Shown here: positions 22,401-36,200 of the stretch, piece by piece
Layout: each line of letters opens with the position of its first letter
Numbering within the stretch: the stretch's first letter is position 1
Assembly (NCBI GenBank): GCA_002633005.1
Contig: NMRA01000291.1
Location: 1 to 64,000, forward strand
DNA length: 64,000 nt
From: Phoronis australis
Taxonomy: Eukaryota; Animalia; Phoronida
Reading direction: 5' to 3'
Program-made: the position numbers and the translations under genes
Notes under the pieces: model-generated
Told to the model about the DNA's origin: nothing
The model's input: only the letters and a program-made list of their open reading frames with translations
Databases searched by the model: none

Positions 22401-25400
22401 TGAGCACGTGCAAGTTAACTTCAACCTAGAGTTTAGAACAGAATGACATTGTTTAAAATCCGAAAATTCAGTACTAGACAAAATTCATCAGACAAAATAT
22501 TGTAGTTTTCTGCCGTGGCGACTAATGTGACTTACAGCAAAAATGACTGGTAATCACTATTACGGGGACAAACTTATCACAGAATGTCTTCGCCATCTTA
22601 CATGGCTTCCTTTTAGTTCCCCTTCACTCTGAGTCAAAAGGAAAATCTATTTTGACAATGACTTTATTGAACATGGAATGTAGTGACTTTAAAATGTTGA
22701 ACCTCTTGAATTCTCATCTCGCTGATGATGATCATTGTTGGATACTGGAAAGTTTCTTATCATGTTTTGGCTGAAACAGACATTGGCATTATGTGTTTTA
22801 GCTTATTGGCAAAAACTGCAATAAAGTTTTAACGTTATGTAGAATCTTACTTATTGGTATATCTGTGTATAAATCCAAATATCTACAGAGCTATTGATTT
22901 TAACTCGGTAAAAGTACATATGGAAATCTTGATTGATGACTAACCAATTTATCGTTAATAAAATTTGGCAAAAAGAAATGTACTTAGGCAACAAAACAGT
23001 GGTATCAAATAAGGTGATCAAATTTCATTTATCATAAATATTCAAGGTGAGATCCCAGTAACTCGGTTACAGTTTTCAATAATATCAATTTGTTTTTGTT
23101 TTATACATCTTTAATTTTTTCCGTGAAAGTCATAAATATCCTATTTATGCAAAAGCGAAACATTTTAAAAACAGTTCCTAACAACGTTTTTAGAACAGTG
23201 CATGAAACATAGTATCTAGTTTAATATGAATCCAATCAGCTGTTTCTGAGATATGATGTTCTGAAAATAGTCAAATTTGGACATTTTTCTAGCCTACTAC
23301 ATAACATGAAGTTTAACATTAATTTATATGTAAATGTTATGAAGTTACTCAAGCAGCGTGAATAAAAACTCTGTATCATATTTTTGTTACATATGCGGTT
23401 GGTACAAGTTGATTATACCAGTTCTAAAAGGATTGTGGAGACATGATTACAGTTTTCATAGTTGGCGAGCTCATAAATTATGGGTTACCAATTCATCATG
23501 CGTCAAATCTGCTTTTACTCTATGTGGCGTTAAATGAGCTTGTATTTAAATGAGTCACTCTGGGTAGGATACAGCCTGATACAAAACTTGCCAGACCGCT
23601 GTCTTGGTTGTCATAGTAATCCAGTGTGACCCGCACATGTCATAGGTGACGATATTTCATTATTGACCCTTGAAATGCACCCACTACTACAGGTAATGTG
23701 ATTCAGCGTTGAGCAGGGTTTGCTGAGCAAATGGATTGTTTACAGGTTGGTTGGTTCCATTTCTATTCATCTCTAAAGAAATTCTATATTATTTAATAAT
23801 ATGATTTTCAGTGAAATCATATGAATTGTACTACAAGTTACAGAAAACATCAGTTCTATAATTAATAGTGCATGATGTGCTGTACATTAGGTAAACACTG
23901 GTTAGTCATTCACTGCAGAATCCATTAGTTTATACAGTGGCACTGTACATTTATTACTCATGTTCATCTGTTGATCTATTCACTATTGCCCATGTCAGCT
24001 GCTGGTGAATACAGAAGTTATCAAGGTATGAAAATCATTGGTTCTATTTAAAATCAGGGATGCAGCAAGTGTTTCAATTTATTCTGCTTTTCTTTCCTGT
24101 GTGTAGTAGGTTAATTTCCTGTCAGGTAGATTTATGGTTGAACTAATTTGAACACTCTTGAGGTATGTCTTATCTCAGGTCCCTGCTTTTACAATTGCCA
24201 CCAAATATAGCTGATGTAAATTGGAAGTAGGTAAGCAATTGTATAACCATACAGGCCTTTTCTTAGCAACTCAACTCTGGTGACAGAGGAGCCTTGATGT
24301 ATGTAGATGAACCTTTTCAGACTCAGGCTTCTATAGTTTTCATAGTCTGTTGTGTGAGCCATCAAAGTTATCACAGGATGGCCAGACGCTCCAAAAATGT
24401 CACACAGACTAATTTTATTCTTTTAAGTTTGAACTATTGTCCATATATGGTCCCATGAAGTGCCTATAGTGATAGAATGGTGATTATTTGAAAAAACGTT
24501 ATCACTATTAACACAGCATGTGCCCTTATTGACAGCAACATGTGACAATAAGTCCTAAAACATAAAGACCCTGGAGTTAAGAATTCGTGCTACATCGAAA
24601 CGTTGATGTTCCAATGTTATATCCACTTGATCATGTGAAGTTAACATGCGTTGCTATAACTTTAATCCACAGCGAAGTTAACTGTTCAATCCGATCAACA
24701 CTCCCTAAAACATCAACGCGTAGCTCTTTAGGGAATAACTTGTAAATTGTAGCTAAGAATTGTTAAGGGTGTTAAACTTAAATCATGCTGGCATGGACTT
24801 CTATTTAGATACTCATCTCCATTTAAATGACAATTAGGGTGCTTGAGTAGATGGTGTAGAGTAATTGGTGGGCAACTTTCAGCACCATGTCTGTCCACTC
24901 CTGTGATTTGGATGAAGTTTTAGGGGTGCGGGATGGGATTTCGCAGTGTTTTTATATAAATCATTTACCATCATCTGGCTGCCACTGTTGCGTAGTGGCC
25001 AATAGGATATATATAAATGCCTGTTCATGCAAAAATGTCCAACATCGCAATATGTGCAGAAATGGGATTTTCTTTTTTTGTTAACTTGCTCTATCAGAAT
25101 TTGAAATTAGGTCAAGCGAAGTCATTTTCATGCTCTTACAATCTTAAAGAGTTGTATTTTGGATATTATCTATTAGGAAATTAAATAATTAGGTGACCGT
25201 TAAGCCGAGCATGTGTATTTTTTAAAAAATGAAATTTTGAGAAGTCACATATGGACACTAAGTCGAACATTGGTGTAAACATGCATGAAAATGATGGTAG
25301 TTATTCATACTGTATCCATAATGACCAGCAATTGTGTAGTATTGTCACCTTGTCTGTCATTGAATATTCCTATCACTATGAACACCTCAGTTCAGGGTTT

Positions 25401-28400
25401 GTGGTATTCAACTATCTTGTCTTTTCTACACTGGTAAGTTTCAGTTTGGCCCACTTGACATGAAAACTATTTTTGCTGCATCCCCTTTATTTGAAAAATG
25501 CCATTATAAAGTAATTACCAGACAGAGATTATGGTTATCTGGCCCACACAAGATGAATTTTACTGTAAAGCTTCAGGATTCTCACTTCATCATAGTGAGC
25601 AGTAACTCCTGGCAAGTTTGACTTTGCCTGGCAATTTTTCCTCTTAATGGCATGCTGATTACCTCACTAAATGGAATATCTAAATTCCAGTGTTGTGTTC
25701 CAGGGACAACCACCCATTTTTTCTGATGTAGTGCTGTGTAGGTTAATTTCACAGACTGGCTGAAAGGAAGCCCTCATCAAACTGTATTTAAAAACTTGTT
25801 TACATGCCTACACATTTTCTTTTTATAGAAGTGATATTTAAGGTTGCATATCAGACTTGCACTTTTCAGTTATACAGTGCCAACTTGTAACACATTCAGC
25901 CTGAAACTGTCTGATTTTTTATTTGGCTCTTGCAAGTGAAACGTCTGGCGAAAGGGCCGTTTGAATAAACGCTCACCTGACTTTGGGTAAAAAGTCTTTT
26001 TCTAAGCAAATGCTTGTCGTAATGCCCACACACTGGGTATTACCATGGATACTGATCCACAGGTTGACATTAGTCATCAGGTATTTGTCACCATCTGCTC
26101 TGCTCCTATATCACCAAAATGGGGTACTAGTTTGTTACTTTTTGTATGATATTGTAAGTTAACTAAAGCAGGATTTCACACTGTTTAGCTGGCTAAAACA
26201 AAAACCTTGAAATTTCAGATTTAAAAGTAACACATTGTTAACGCATTACCTCTGAGTTGCCAACTCAGTCATTAAGAATTCAAGATCAGATAAGCATGGT
26301 ATGGTAAAATAGGCTTAGTAGGACACAAGGAATGAAACTATATTTTCCCATTTTTTCATAAACGTCGAGTGGTACCACGTTATTACTGTCCATTTTCAAG
26401 TTCTCAACAATAGCTTACAGTAGACAAAATTTTGAAAAATTGTGACCATTATCGACAATGTTAGAAGCCCTTGAAAAATGAAAAAAGTAATTTTTGACAA
26501 TATTTTTGTCTGAATTTAGTGAGATTTTGCCATATTGGTATTAAACCCCAAAACGCTTCGGTTAAGAGTCAACATTGACAGCCAAATAGCGGCGAAATTC
26601 ATGTTTCTATTATTTACATGAACTTCAGTGACAGTTGAGGTTATTTTTTGCAGATTGTGGCATTTGTCATTCATTAGGTTCAGACATTGATTCTGACATT
26701 GTACAGGAAAAAGCGTGCAAATTTCACCAGTAGGGACGAGTTTTGGAGACATGAAAATAACACCAAAGCACTTCCTGATGTTATGATGTGAAATCATATT
26801 TTTTTCATGATCATACTTAGTGTTTGGGTGATTTAAAGTGCTTTTATGGGGCCATGAATCATTGGTGCATATATGGCTTATTGTTATGTTCTGTGTGGTA
26901 AGTCTTGCACCTGCCTGTGTCTAGTGAGCCTATTCACTAAATAACCATTATCTAATGGAGTATATACTAGTGCTATTGATATGCTAAAGTGTTAATATTT
27001 CTCATTATGTATCAGCTTAAATGATGTATGTTTAGAAAGATAACTACATAGATTAAGGCCTCCCTAATACTGATGTTGAACTAGGGTGATTGAAAGGAGA
27101 CTTTCTGGGCAAGTATGTAGCACTCTTTATATGAGAGTGGGGTACAAGAGATTTTGAATTGAAATGATCCTTTCATTGTTTTTTACTTTCCCATGAGCCT
27201 GCTGGTAAATTGTCAACTGCGATCAATTCTTCAGTGATTTATCGCATAATGTGGTTGACTATAGAGATTTTATTTTGTTGAAATTCTCAACAAAAGTATC
27301 GGTTACCATAAGCTGGGAACTTAAAGTCTGTGATGGATGGAACAGGGCAACACACCTTTACAAAGTGTTGTGCAGTTGGAAGCATTCAGGTCAGACACAC
27401 CTCTTCAAAAGAACTAGTAGGCCTACAGATATTGGGAACTTATTTTCTCCCTGAAAGTCCTTGCTTTTTAAAGGGGATGATGATTTTTAATTTTTATATT
27501 TTCATAAAGAACAGGATTTAATCTTATAAAATATTTCCTTCTGATTGATTAGTCAAATTTATGTGTATCAAAATAAATCTTGGAATGAGACTGACAAAGG
27601 AGAGTTGATAATGTATGTATATGTCAATGGACTAAAATTCTAGAAGATCAAAGCTTTTTTTAGCCGCCTAAAAACAAAAATCAAAATTTTTTCTCTCTTA
27701 AAATCTGTATTGTGGTAATCCTTATGGCTTGAAAGAACTTACAGTGGCAGGATTCTATTTCCGATATCAACAAATGACATGGAAACCATCGTCAACTCGA
27801 GTTTATTGAGGTTGACCAACCCTAGAATTGTAGTCCAAAATGGCATCTGCACTCATTGCCTTTGACTTGGAGTTACTGCAGCTGGCTCATTCAGCATTAA
27901 GTAAAGTTCAGGTGAGCTTGCTAATGTTGTTAAACATGAAAGCTTTTCGATTAACGTCATGTAGGACCCTAGAAAAATTCCAATTTGGAACATCGTATTT
28001 CAGAAATTATGCATTATACACTGCTCTCCAAAAATGTTGTACTGGTAGGGATTGTTTTTAAAATGTTCCACTCTTACACGAGGGCTGTCAAAAATGGGAC
28101 TTTTATGATTTTCACGGAAAAGGTTGGATAAGGTCAGAATGAAATGATAATTTAGGAAACTCATTCTTATATTTCAGGTGAAATGTAAGAATGAGCCAGT
28201 GGTATCCATCCTTGTCATAGGCTTTCGAATGTGCAACCATAAGAACATATAGGGGCTAATTCAACAAATGAAACAAATAATTTGAAATTTTTTTCGTTAC
28301 TCAATTACCTATTATGTCTTCTTTCTGCAATAGAAGTTAATTTACCCAGTCATCGGTGTGTTTCAACATTTTCTTCTGTTTTTGAGTGGCAGTCTGGCTG

Positions 28401-28530
28401 AATGTCACCTACAATGAAATAAAAGCATAGGAGTATGCAACTGCCGTTATATACAGGGTACTGTTAGGGATTAAACAACAGGGTGAGGCACCTGTTATCA
28501 TGATTGTCTTTGATTTGGTTTAAGTTAAAA

Positions 28531-29092
28531 GGCCCTTTCCCATACAGTTAACTTGGCCACTATGGAAGCTTCAGACCTTAACTGTGGTTAACCCCGAAGT
28601 TATGTGTCAGTGTTCCCCATCAGCTTCGGAGTTATACTTCAACGAAGTTATCACAAGGTGGTGTTGGTATGGCCTTGTTGTTTTTGACTGCTTACCAGTA
28701 ACAAGGAAGCCATGTTGGGATGATGGCGATGTACTTGAAAATTTGACTCTTGAGCAGGCTAACAGCTGATCCAAACAAAGGCAGTATGGCGTGGCGGGAA
28801 CTCGTTTTGCATATACTACATGTTCAGTGATTTTTTTTTAATGTAAAGAATCCAGCAAATATGTGGATAAATTGAAATAGTATGCTTATACCACCAGAAT
28901 AATAATTATTAGAACAAAATATTAACAAATAGTAACCAGTCAACGCCCAGGCAGTTACCCCTGTTCCCGTTGTAGCGAAACGTCGACGCTTCGCTGTTAA
29001 ATCCACCTGTTTACGTCGAAGTGAACTTGCGTTGTTATTACTTCGATTCAAGTTTCAGCATAACTGAAGCTTCGGAGGCAGTGGGAAAGGCC
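28531..29092. mobile_element. MITE, possibly PIF/Harbinger-like
   Basis: Termini GGCCCTTTCCCA...TGGGAAAGGCC in a TTAA-rich context; internal GAAGTTA/AGCTTCGGAG repeats. Confidence 0.5.
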
Positions 29093-30138
29093 TTTAACTC
29101 TGAATACAGTCAAAAGACTAAAACCAAAGAACAGCAAAAACTTAAATTATTTATTATTAAATATAGTAACATGGATGCATCAGAGAATGCAATACAAAAA
29201 CAAGTAGAGCGTGTATGGAGAACATCCGTAGCCATTTATAGTTCACCTGATACAAATTAACGTGTAAGGGATATATGGGATCCAGACTTCTCTTGATGTA
29301 ACCATGTGTCCCAATCAAAAGCTTTTCTCAACAGCTTCTAAATAATTTAGGAATAAGTTTAGAGGGAAAATTCACTGAGGAACTCCGTTCTATATCTGTT
29401 GCAAAGGAAAATAAGTGCATTTCGTCTTCAATTAAATGTTCAAGAAGTTTCAAAAACACAAACAATGTATGTGACACAATCTTCGTTACTGTTTGGCTAT
29501 CCTAACCTAATGGATATTATTGTTGACAGTATCAAGACATGTATAGGTCTCCCCCCCATAATGCCCTGGTTGACAGTGTTTACAGTGTTTGGTGCAGGAA
29601 CCTTTTAAAACAAGTCATTAGTTCAGTCTGTATTTACTTAATGGAAATAGTACTGAGGTTTTGTTGACTGCCCAAGTAATTGGAACTGATTTGGCACTCA
29701 GACCCATCTGCCTGTGAGTGGTAGTGGAAAATCACCCTGAGTTGTGTTGTATGTAAAGATGTGTTGTAGAGATGTCATGTCTGCTTTTGCACCTCAGACA
29801 ACCATTGACTTTCTTTTTAAATTTTTTATGAAGGTGACATTACTTTTGCCATCCAGACCTATGGCCAAGCCCCTAATTTTTCACATGAGAAAGATAGTCT
29901 GTGGTAATAGCCACAATCTTGACTAATTCAAGTACTTTGATTAATACGTCATTTAACCAAATTTTTCCCTCTGTCAGATGATAGCTGTGGTGGTCTATAG
30001 TAGGTGTGCTTGATAAAGATCCTGTTTACTGTTGGTGGCTATAAGCTGAATGGGGATGACCTTTTGGTAATTAGGCTGGCTGTCTGGGCTGGCATTCAAT
30101 GCTACAACTGTTCTCAGGGGAGGTTGTACTTTTTACAG

Positions 30139-30224
30139 AAAGAAATGGTCTATGATGCTGAAGATGGCCAGTCATGTACATCTTGTGGGGAACTGTGCCC
30201 AGGCTACAAGAGTCATCCATGGAG
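30139..30224 (+). CDS. PET-LIM exon (KE-MVYDAEDGQSCTSCGELCPGYKSHPW)
   Basis: ttttacag acceptor at 30138; ATG at 30145; AG|GTGAGT donor; testin/prickle3-type CxxC..CPG..HxWR motif. Confidence 0.88.
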
Positions 30225-33200
30225 GTGAGTATCCTAATTGACTTGTTATTGTGTTGTAGTACTGGTCTTTATTTTGTGGTTAAGACAAGAGATCAGTGGC
30301 TGCCAAATGACTTCAGTTCTATTAAAGTTCATAATAAATGACCATTTGGGATGTACAATTTTTAAGACTAGACATAGAATTAAGAATGCCTAATTGGAAT
30401 ATAAGTGGTGTAATGTTTTCAGTTGGTGTGAACTTTGTTGCAAGCTGTTTAAATCCAATCACAGTTGTCTCTGACCATGTCCTGATGAAATGAAATTATG
30501 TGCTTTAACAGTTTTCTTAATTAAACCTGATCATTGCTGGCATTTGACATTTTGGTACTGCTATGATGCTCGATTACCAGCTAAACTTCTCAGTACGTTT
30601 GGCTGTATGTCAGGAATTAAGATTTTGTCTTTTTAATTACTTGATTACTTGACATTTCAGTTCAATGACTGGCCATCATTGAGATAATATATCTGGCCTC
30701 CAAGTTTTATTATAACCTGCATCGAGATGTATATTCTAAGTTTGAGAACTCATTTCCTTTGTTAGGAATATTTTTTACTTGTACTTGATATTTCTTTCGT
30801 TTTTCTGTTGCCCAGCACTTGCATTGAAACTTAGTTGGATGTGTTGCTCGGAAACCTATAGATGTGTTGGACTCCCCTTGACAGGTGTTACATGTGTTAA
30901 TTACATAAAGCATAACTACCAGCAAGTGGGATAGTTAAGGTAGCTCCCAATTTCCTATATTGCCCTAATGTACATTTGAATCTATGCTCACTTGGTAATT
31001 TTCAGTTACAGGGCAGGGATGTAGACATCCTATGCTGATTAATGAGATGGATTTGGACAGCAATGATCGTAAAAAGTAGTAAAAAGTTTGTTTCTCTGTG
31101 ATAAGATTTTCAATTAAAGTCCTTTTCACAAATGAATAAATAACAGCACTCGATGCTTAGCTTAATGCCAAGTAGCATTTGGCGAGCTGCAAAAAATCCC
31201 AACGAAATCTAATTTTGCCAAAACTAACACCAAAATGAATTATGAGGTTTCCGAACCAGAGACCCCGATTTTTGCCAAACAATTCCGACTTCTGTCTGTT
31301 TACTTCCTGTTGTAATTTAACCACATGTTTGATGTGTGCTGACTGCTGTGGTGGCAAATTCACTGATTTCACGAAATAAATGGAACTATTTTTAATCAAA
31401 GGTAGTGATTCTAGAAAAACTGTTTGGAAGTCAACACAAACTTTGAAAGGAATTTAGAGGGAAGCATTGCCCGACTTTGGTACTCGCACTGGTGATTTCG
31501 TGGCGACAGGTCGCCAAATACAATCTGCAAGTCGCCAAATGTAGCACTGAAAAATGTAAGGCAGTGGTAAGAAAAAACCTTGCTTTAGAATAGAAGTCAT
31601 ACTATCGCTGGCAGCAGAGGGGGATGGAACTCCAAACATCCATGTAATGGTGCACTAAGTCGATCCGGGGGTCAGTAGTGTCAACTCCATAGGTTATTGC
31701 TGACCACGACACTTGTTGACCGACCACATTGCTACTCACATCGTCTGCCAGGTCTCATAGTGTGGTCACGGTGGGGGTGGGGGTTATCTCAAGGTATTTC
31801 TAATTTTGTTGCTTCCTGGCATTTTAAGTGACAGAATCAATTCAGTTCTCTTGTAATGTACTCTAGCACTCATGGTTATGGCAGATGTGAGAAACACAAT
31901 TAAAAGCAGTTCAATACTATTCGTTTATATCTTAAGTGACAGGATACCGTAAAATCTCATCAATTCTGTACAAGTTACTCTTTTTCCGTTTTCCAAAGTC
32001 TTCTAACACTGTTGTAAATGCCCACATTCTTTCAAAATGTTTTCTGATGGTAGCTATGGTACAGAACTTGAACACGTTAAACCATTAATTTGGTGCTGTA
32101 TATCTTTTATAACAAAATGAGAAAATAAAATTTCACTTAGCCCGCTATATTGTGTCCTAAATTGGTCACTTTATGGTAACCATGTTGTTCCTGAGACAGT
32201 ATTATGCTAGAACTTGTAAGAACATAGTGAAATCTCTTTCCATCTTTTCACACAAAAATCGACCAGATCGATTAGCAAATCGACCAGGTCCATCATTAAA
32301 TTGGCTGAGCGGAGCACTGTCTCCCCAACACATGGATGTGGTCAACCACAGGCTGGTTGTTGTAATTTCTTCCCCTCATCTGCAGATGTTGTTAAGTGAC
32401 ATAAAGGCCATCTTGATTAATGCAGGTGATTAACAAGTGTAGAATTTAATGGGCTGTAAGGTAGGTGTGGTTAGTGGACTCTCGAATGGATCTTCTGATG
32501 ATGTTAGAACTGCTCGTTAAAGCCTAATAAATGAGCAATAAACCTTCTGTCAAAAACAACTTTTGATTTTTGTCACTTACTGTTTTAAAATCTGTTTCTT
32601 CTTCATTCTTACTTAGATTAGAAATGATTTCTAAGCCGGAGAAGAAGTAACGGTTCGCTATAGCCTTAGATCAGGCCTTTCCCTTGCTTGTCAGACAGGT
32701 GGGTTAGTTTCAGTTGCCAAGGGAGTTTGGTCGTTGGGGAAATTCCATACGATTTGTTATGATCAGTTTCAATTCAAAGCAAGGATAAGAATGCAATGAC
32801 GTTGTTTTGGAAGGAAGTTGATTTTTTAACACCAGACTTTAATATTTGTCAATGCTGCAAGTGAATATTTTTCAGAGTTGGAGTATGTGGACTCAAAGGT
32901 ACATTCTACCGTTGAATAATAGCTATGGGTATTTGGGAATATCCAGCGTACAACTCGTTTCTTAAGCGCTGCGGTAGCACAAAAGCTTCTTTCAGCTTTA
33001 CCCAAGTTGATGTAGCTACCAACATTCCCACCGAACAAAAAGTGGGACACAAGATGTTGGATGTCGCAAGGGGTGTTGGTGTATGACACTGGCTTTTTTA
33101 GTCATGCCCATGTTATGGAATTGGTAAATAGCATGGTAAAGAACAAATTCGAGCAGCTAGGCCGTTAGGCAAATCACGCTAACAAGAAGATTTGCACGTA

Positions 33201-36200
33201 AGTGGGTGAGAAAGCGTGCACTGTTTCCCCCAAAGTATACTACAAAGTCCTTGTCATATCAAAGGCTTGATGGCACCGTCACGGATTGAAATGAGCAAGT
33301 CGCTATTCATGGGCTTGGCTGAACGCGTTGGATTAGATAATTGCGGTCGTAAACTAACATGCCTGTTTAGCGTATGAGTTTCAAAATACTAACACGACTG
33401 TTTTTAAAATTGAAAAGTAAATATTAGCCATCTTTGAATTTTAAAATTTAGGCACTATAAGAGAAATTAACAAATAGATTTTCCTCGTCACCACGGTGAA
33501 ACAACGAGCATTAATTTATGAATCGATTATGACGGGTTAGTCACAGTCTGGCTTAGGCGTTGGGGTAATAAAACCCCAAATGATTTTTGTCTCATGTATT
33601 AAGACAATGTCATGAGTGTCATCAAGAATTATAATGATGCTTTTGCAAAACAAATCTTCAAAAATCGGGGAGTGTTAGCCAGGATTTTGCCATTAGACAT
33701 TTGCACCCCCGCACTGGCAAATGGAATCTGGGAGAATTTTAAATGTATTGGGTTTTGTTCGCTTTACTTTTAGTTGGTACCAGTATCAGTCAGCAGCTCA
33801 CAATGTCAAATGCTTGTTTCAGTCAGAGAGATTAGTTTGAAGATTTCCCAGGGGACTCTTTCTCAGTGGTCATAAGTGGTGATAACCAAGATTTATACTG
33901 CTTGTCTATGTTTGCATACTCAGTGACCATCTGTTGTGTGCCAGGCCTGGGTGACTGATAAAAAATCCATAAATAACATTTATGGAGATCAACCTGAACG
34001 AAAATTTGAATAATAGAATATAGCAGGTTACAGTGTTAGAATAATTTTTTTCATGAATATTTTTTTCATGCCTCTCAGATGTATGGCCACTATGATTTGC
34101 AAAAAAGTGTTTGCAGAAAAGGTCTCTGCTGTGATATCTCACCCAGACCCAATGCCTGATGGTTCTCCAGAGTTACACCAGGACATCCTTCACTTATGTC
34201 TGGTCTGGATTAGGCACTGGGGGAAAAGGCTTGTGTGATCTGGCTACTGCTTGGCTACACCTTGTGGAGATTCATCTGATGTTGCATATTGGGAATGCAG
34301 TCCTTGTCTTGCTGTTTTTAATGAATGATTTCTGCAATGTGTGAGTTGAGTTGGTTGTGCATAATATGGCGTTTCTGTGACATCTCCTTTCCAACAGCCA
34401 AATTAGCTGATAAATCCATCATCAGATGACATGTACTTGTACTGGCATTAAAATTCCTTGTCTGTGGCCACCACTGGGTGGCTGTCTATCACTCCAGCTA
34501 CTGTTACTAGTCCTATTTATGATAAGAGGATTACAGTGATGCATGTGTTAGAGGAACAATGCACTCAGCCAGTCTCAGCTTTGAGTTTGTTTATTTGGAG
34601 TCCTCAGTTTAATGACCCATGAGTTTATCAGTGGTGATTAGAGCCCTTCATCTATAAACCACAAGACCTATCTGGTGTAGAGTTAAATAAACAGGTGACT
34701 GACCCTGCTGAATCCACAAGTTTCTCTCAGTGGCTAGTTTCTGATGTTGTTTTCATCGACTTTCCTTTCAAAATACTATTATTGTTGGGCAAAGTCAACT
34801 TTTCTTTCATATTATTATTATTACAGGGCTGAAACAGTTGAGGATTCCCGATTCTTTTCAGCTCTAAAAGTATTATAAATGTTTGTGTAACTGTTTTCAC
34901 TCTTGTTTGTCTACAGGTGTTATTGCATGTACTTCTGTCATATTATTGAAGTCTGTGGTTATTAGAACTTGGCACATGGGCTGCTGATATAAAAAGACCT
35001 GCCATGCAACTTTGTTTACAAAACTATTTATAGGTTATTCTGTTCATACATTAAAAGTTTGTTCATTTTTAGGTGTCTTATTCCCCAGTCATGAATCAGG
35101 GCTCGACGCTATGAATATCGGCAGGTTGCATTTCGCGACCTAGCCAAAATCTCAGGAGGCATTCTCAAAATCCAGCTCGCATTCATCAATGTCAGGTGGC
35201 AAAAATTTCCCATCAAAATTGATTTTTTAGATCATCAAGAAAATGTTTCTGAACAAAAGTCCACATCCCCGCCCCCCACAACTTTCGGGATGCCTGTGCA
35301 CATACAACCGCACTTTGACCAATGTTGGGCTCCCCGCCCCCGTTGTGGTATCCTAGGTCCGCCACTGTTACGGTTCTTCACGACCGCCATTGAAAGGCTC
35401 TAGTGCGCAAGGCTAGTTGCCGACGTGAAAGTTGAATCGGTGCTTTCTAACCGAGTAGCTAAGTTTGCAATGCGAAAAGAGAGAAAATACTCGTTGAAAA
35501 AGTATCTGCAATTTTGCCAGGTCTGACCTGCTTTGATGACTGTCATTAAAGTCGTTAAAGATAACACAGAATGCAAATTCGCTCCACTTTTGGTTTGCAT
35601 CCTAAACTTACATGTACTGATCTAGCAACTTAACTCGACGTTTGAAATATATCCTGTCGAAAAAACTCCTTGTAACGTTGCACTAGCAGTATGACGTTTT
35701 CGGATGCACGAGAACAATTCAGTGCAAATTTCACAACAAAATGTGCAACTTTACATAAAATGAAAAGCCTCGAAATAATTCCTGACTCCGTACCGTTTCC
35801 ATCGGGTAATTCGAGTTTGCTCCTCATTACTTTCTGAGTATGGGAAAAATAGGTCAGTCGCAAAACAATACGCAAATCACTAGACTGAGTGTTAACTTTC
35901 TTTCAGAGGTATAAAACAAAGCAGCGGTTTGGTTTTTACCTATTGAGGAAAGACTTTTTTGAAAGCTGAAATTGTTGTTGCGTTAAATGAAAGTGACTCA
36001 TGAAATAGGCTGTGTGTCAATTTCAAACCACAGGGGGGTGTCTAGAGGCAGATCCAGGATTTTGAGTTGTGAGGGCAGGGCAGACATTCACACCCCGAGC
36101 TGCCAAATGGAATCTGGGAGCCCCTCCCCCCTAAATCCACCACTGCTTACGTAAACTTTATGAGATTAGACTAATTAATGGGCTTTTGTGCACACTTACC